DNA of 63,396 bases, the filler included, from Chiloscyllium plagiosum (Eukaryota), in NCBI RefSeq assembly GCF_004010195.1. It is 5 parts of one record of this genome, joined end to end, with 100 filler letters (N's around TTAATTAATTAA, not from the genome) between each part and the next. Parts side by side here need not be neighbours in the genome. Positions count along the whole stretch, not along the records: positions 59,957 to 63,396 come from NC_057716.1; 4 more parts are not named here. The stretch is one strand, 5' to 3'. Below are positions 63,101-63,396 of the stretch, one piece after another. How positions within the stretch are numbered: the first letter of the stretch is position 1; the number at the start of each line of letters is the position of its first letter. The notes below the pieces were generated by a model that was not told the DNA's origin, did not search any database, and saw only the letters and a list, made by a program, of their open reading frames with translations. A program made the translations under genes and the position numbers.

Positions 63101-63396
63101 CACTGTGGGTGCTGGTGTAGGGAATCAGTGTGGGTGCTGGTGTAGGGAATATCTGTGGGCGCTGTTGTAGGGAATTAGTGTGGGCGCTGGTGTAGGGAAT
63201 ATCTGTGGACGCTGGTGTAGGGAATCACTGAGGGTGCTGGTGTAGGATATCAGTGTGGGTGCTGGTGCATGGAATCAGTGTGGGTGCTGGTGTAGGGAAT
63301 ATCTGTGGGCGCTGTTGTAGGGAATTAGTGTGGGCGCTGGTGTAGGGAATATCTGTGGACGCTGGTGTAGGGAATCACTGAGGGTGCTGGTGTAGG
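60128..63396. repeat. 25-bp G-rich minisatellite (GCTGGTGTAGGGAATCACTGTGGGY)n, about 130 units, runs off the window
   Basis: Period of 25 (e.g. aatca at 60321 and 60346); 23-bp variants. Confidence 0.97.

Noticed and set aside
60128..63396. CRISPR array or repetitive protein ORFs in the 25-bp repeat
   Set aside because: Units are head-to-tail with no unique spacers and no cas genes; the period is not a multiple of 3 and stops are frequent
1..63396. Host protein-coding genes among the listed ORFs
   Set aside because: Recognisable ORFs are TE-derived; the rest are antisense or alternative frames of repeats or short random ORFs. Small exons cannot be excluded without RNA-seq

Overview
This is a repeat-dominated vertebrate genomic window with assembly gaps. 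The SINE and LINE repertoire (HE1/V-SINE-like, DeuSINE-like, abundant CR1) points to a cartilaginous fish, probably a shark (inference). I found no host protein-coding exon, rRNA, tRNA gene or CRISPR array. Contents: (1) more than 20 CR1 LINE fragments, plus Rex1/Babar, RTE, L2 and a second CR1-group LINE. (2) Penelope-like element (PLE) remnants and about 20 short PLE-derived insertions from three sequence families. These carry minimal hammerhead-ribozyme cores (CTGANGA-N-stemII-GAAA-palindrome); many are fold-back elements with 8-16 bp target duplications. (3) A decayed Gmr1-type Gypsy element with PR-INT-RT-RH order (26851-34308, minus). A young-looking retrovirus-like 5' LTR with a perfect tRNA-Pro PBS and leader is inserted in its 3' LTR, and a CR1 is inserted in its 5' LTR. 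(4) A solo LTR with a 5-bp TSD. (5) A 25-bp minisatellite of at least 3.2 kb running off the window end, with emerging higher-order repeats. (6) A few repeat-free AT-rich blocks that may be conserved enhancers. Family names come from motif recognition, not database searches, and most boundaries are approximate unless a TSD or terminal motif is quoted.
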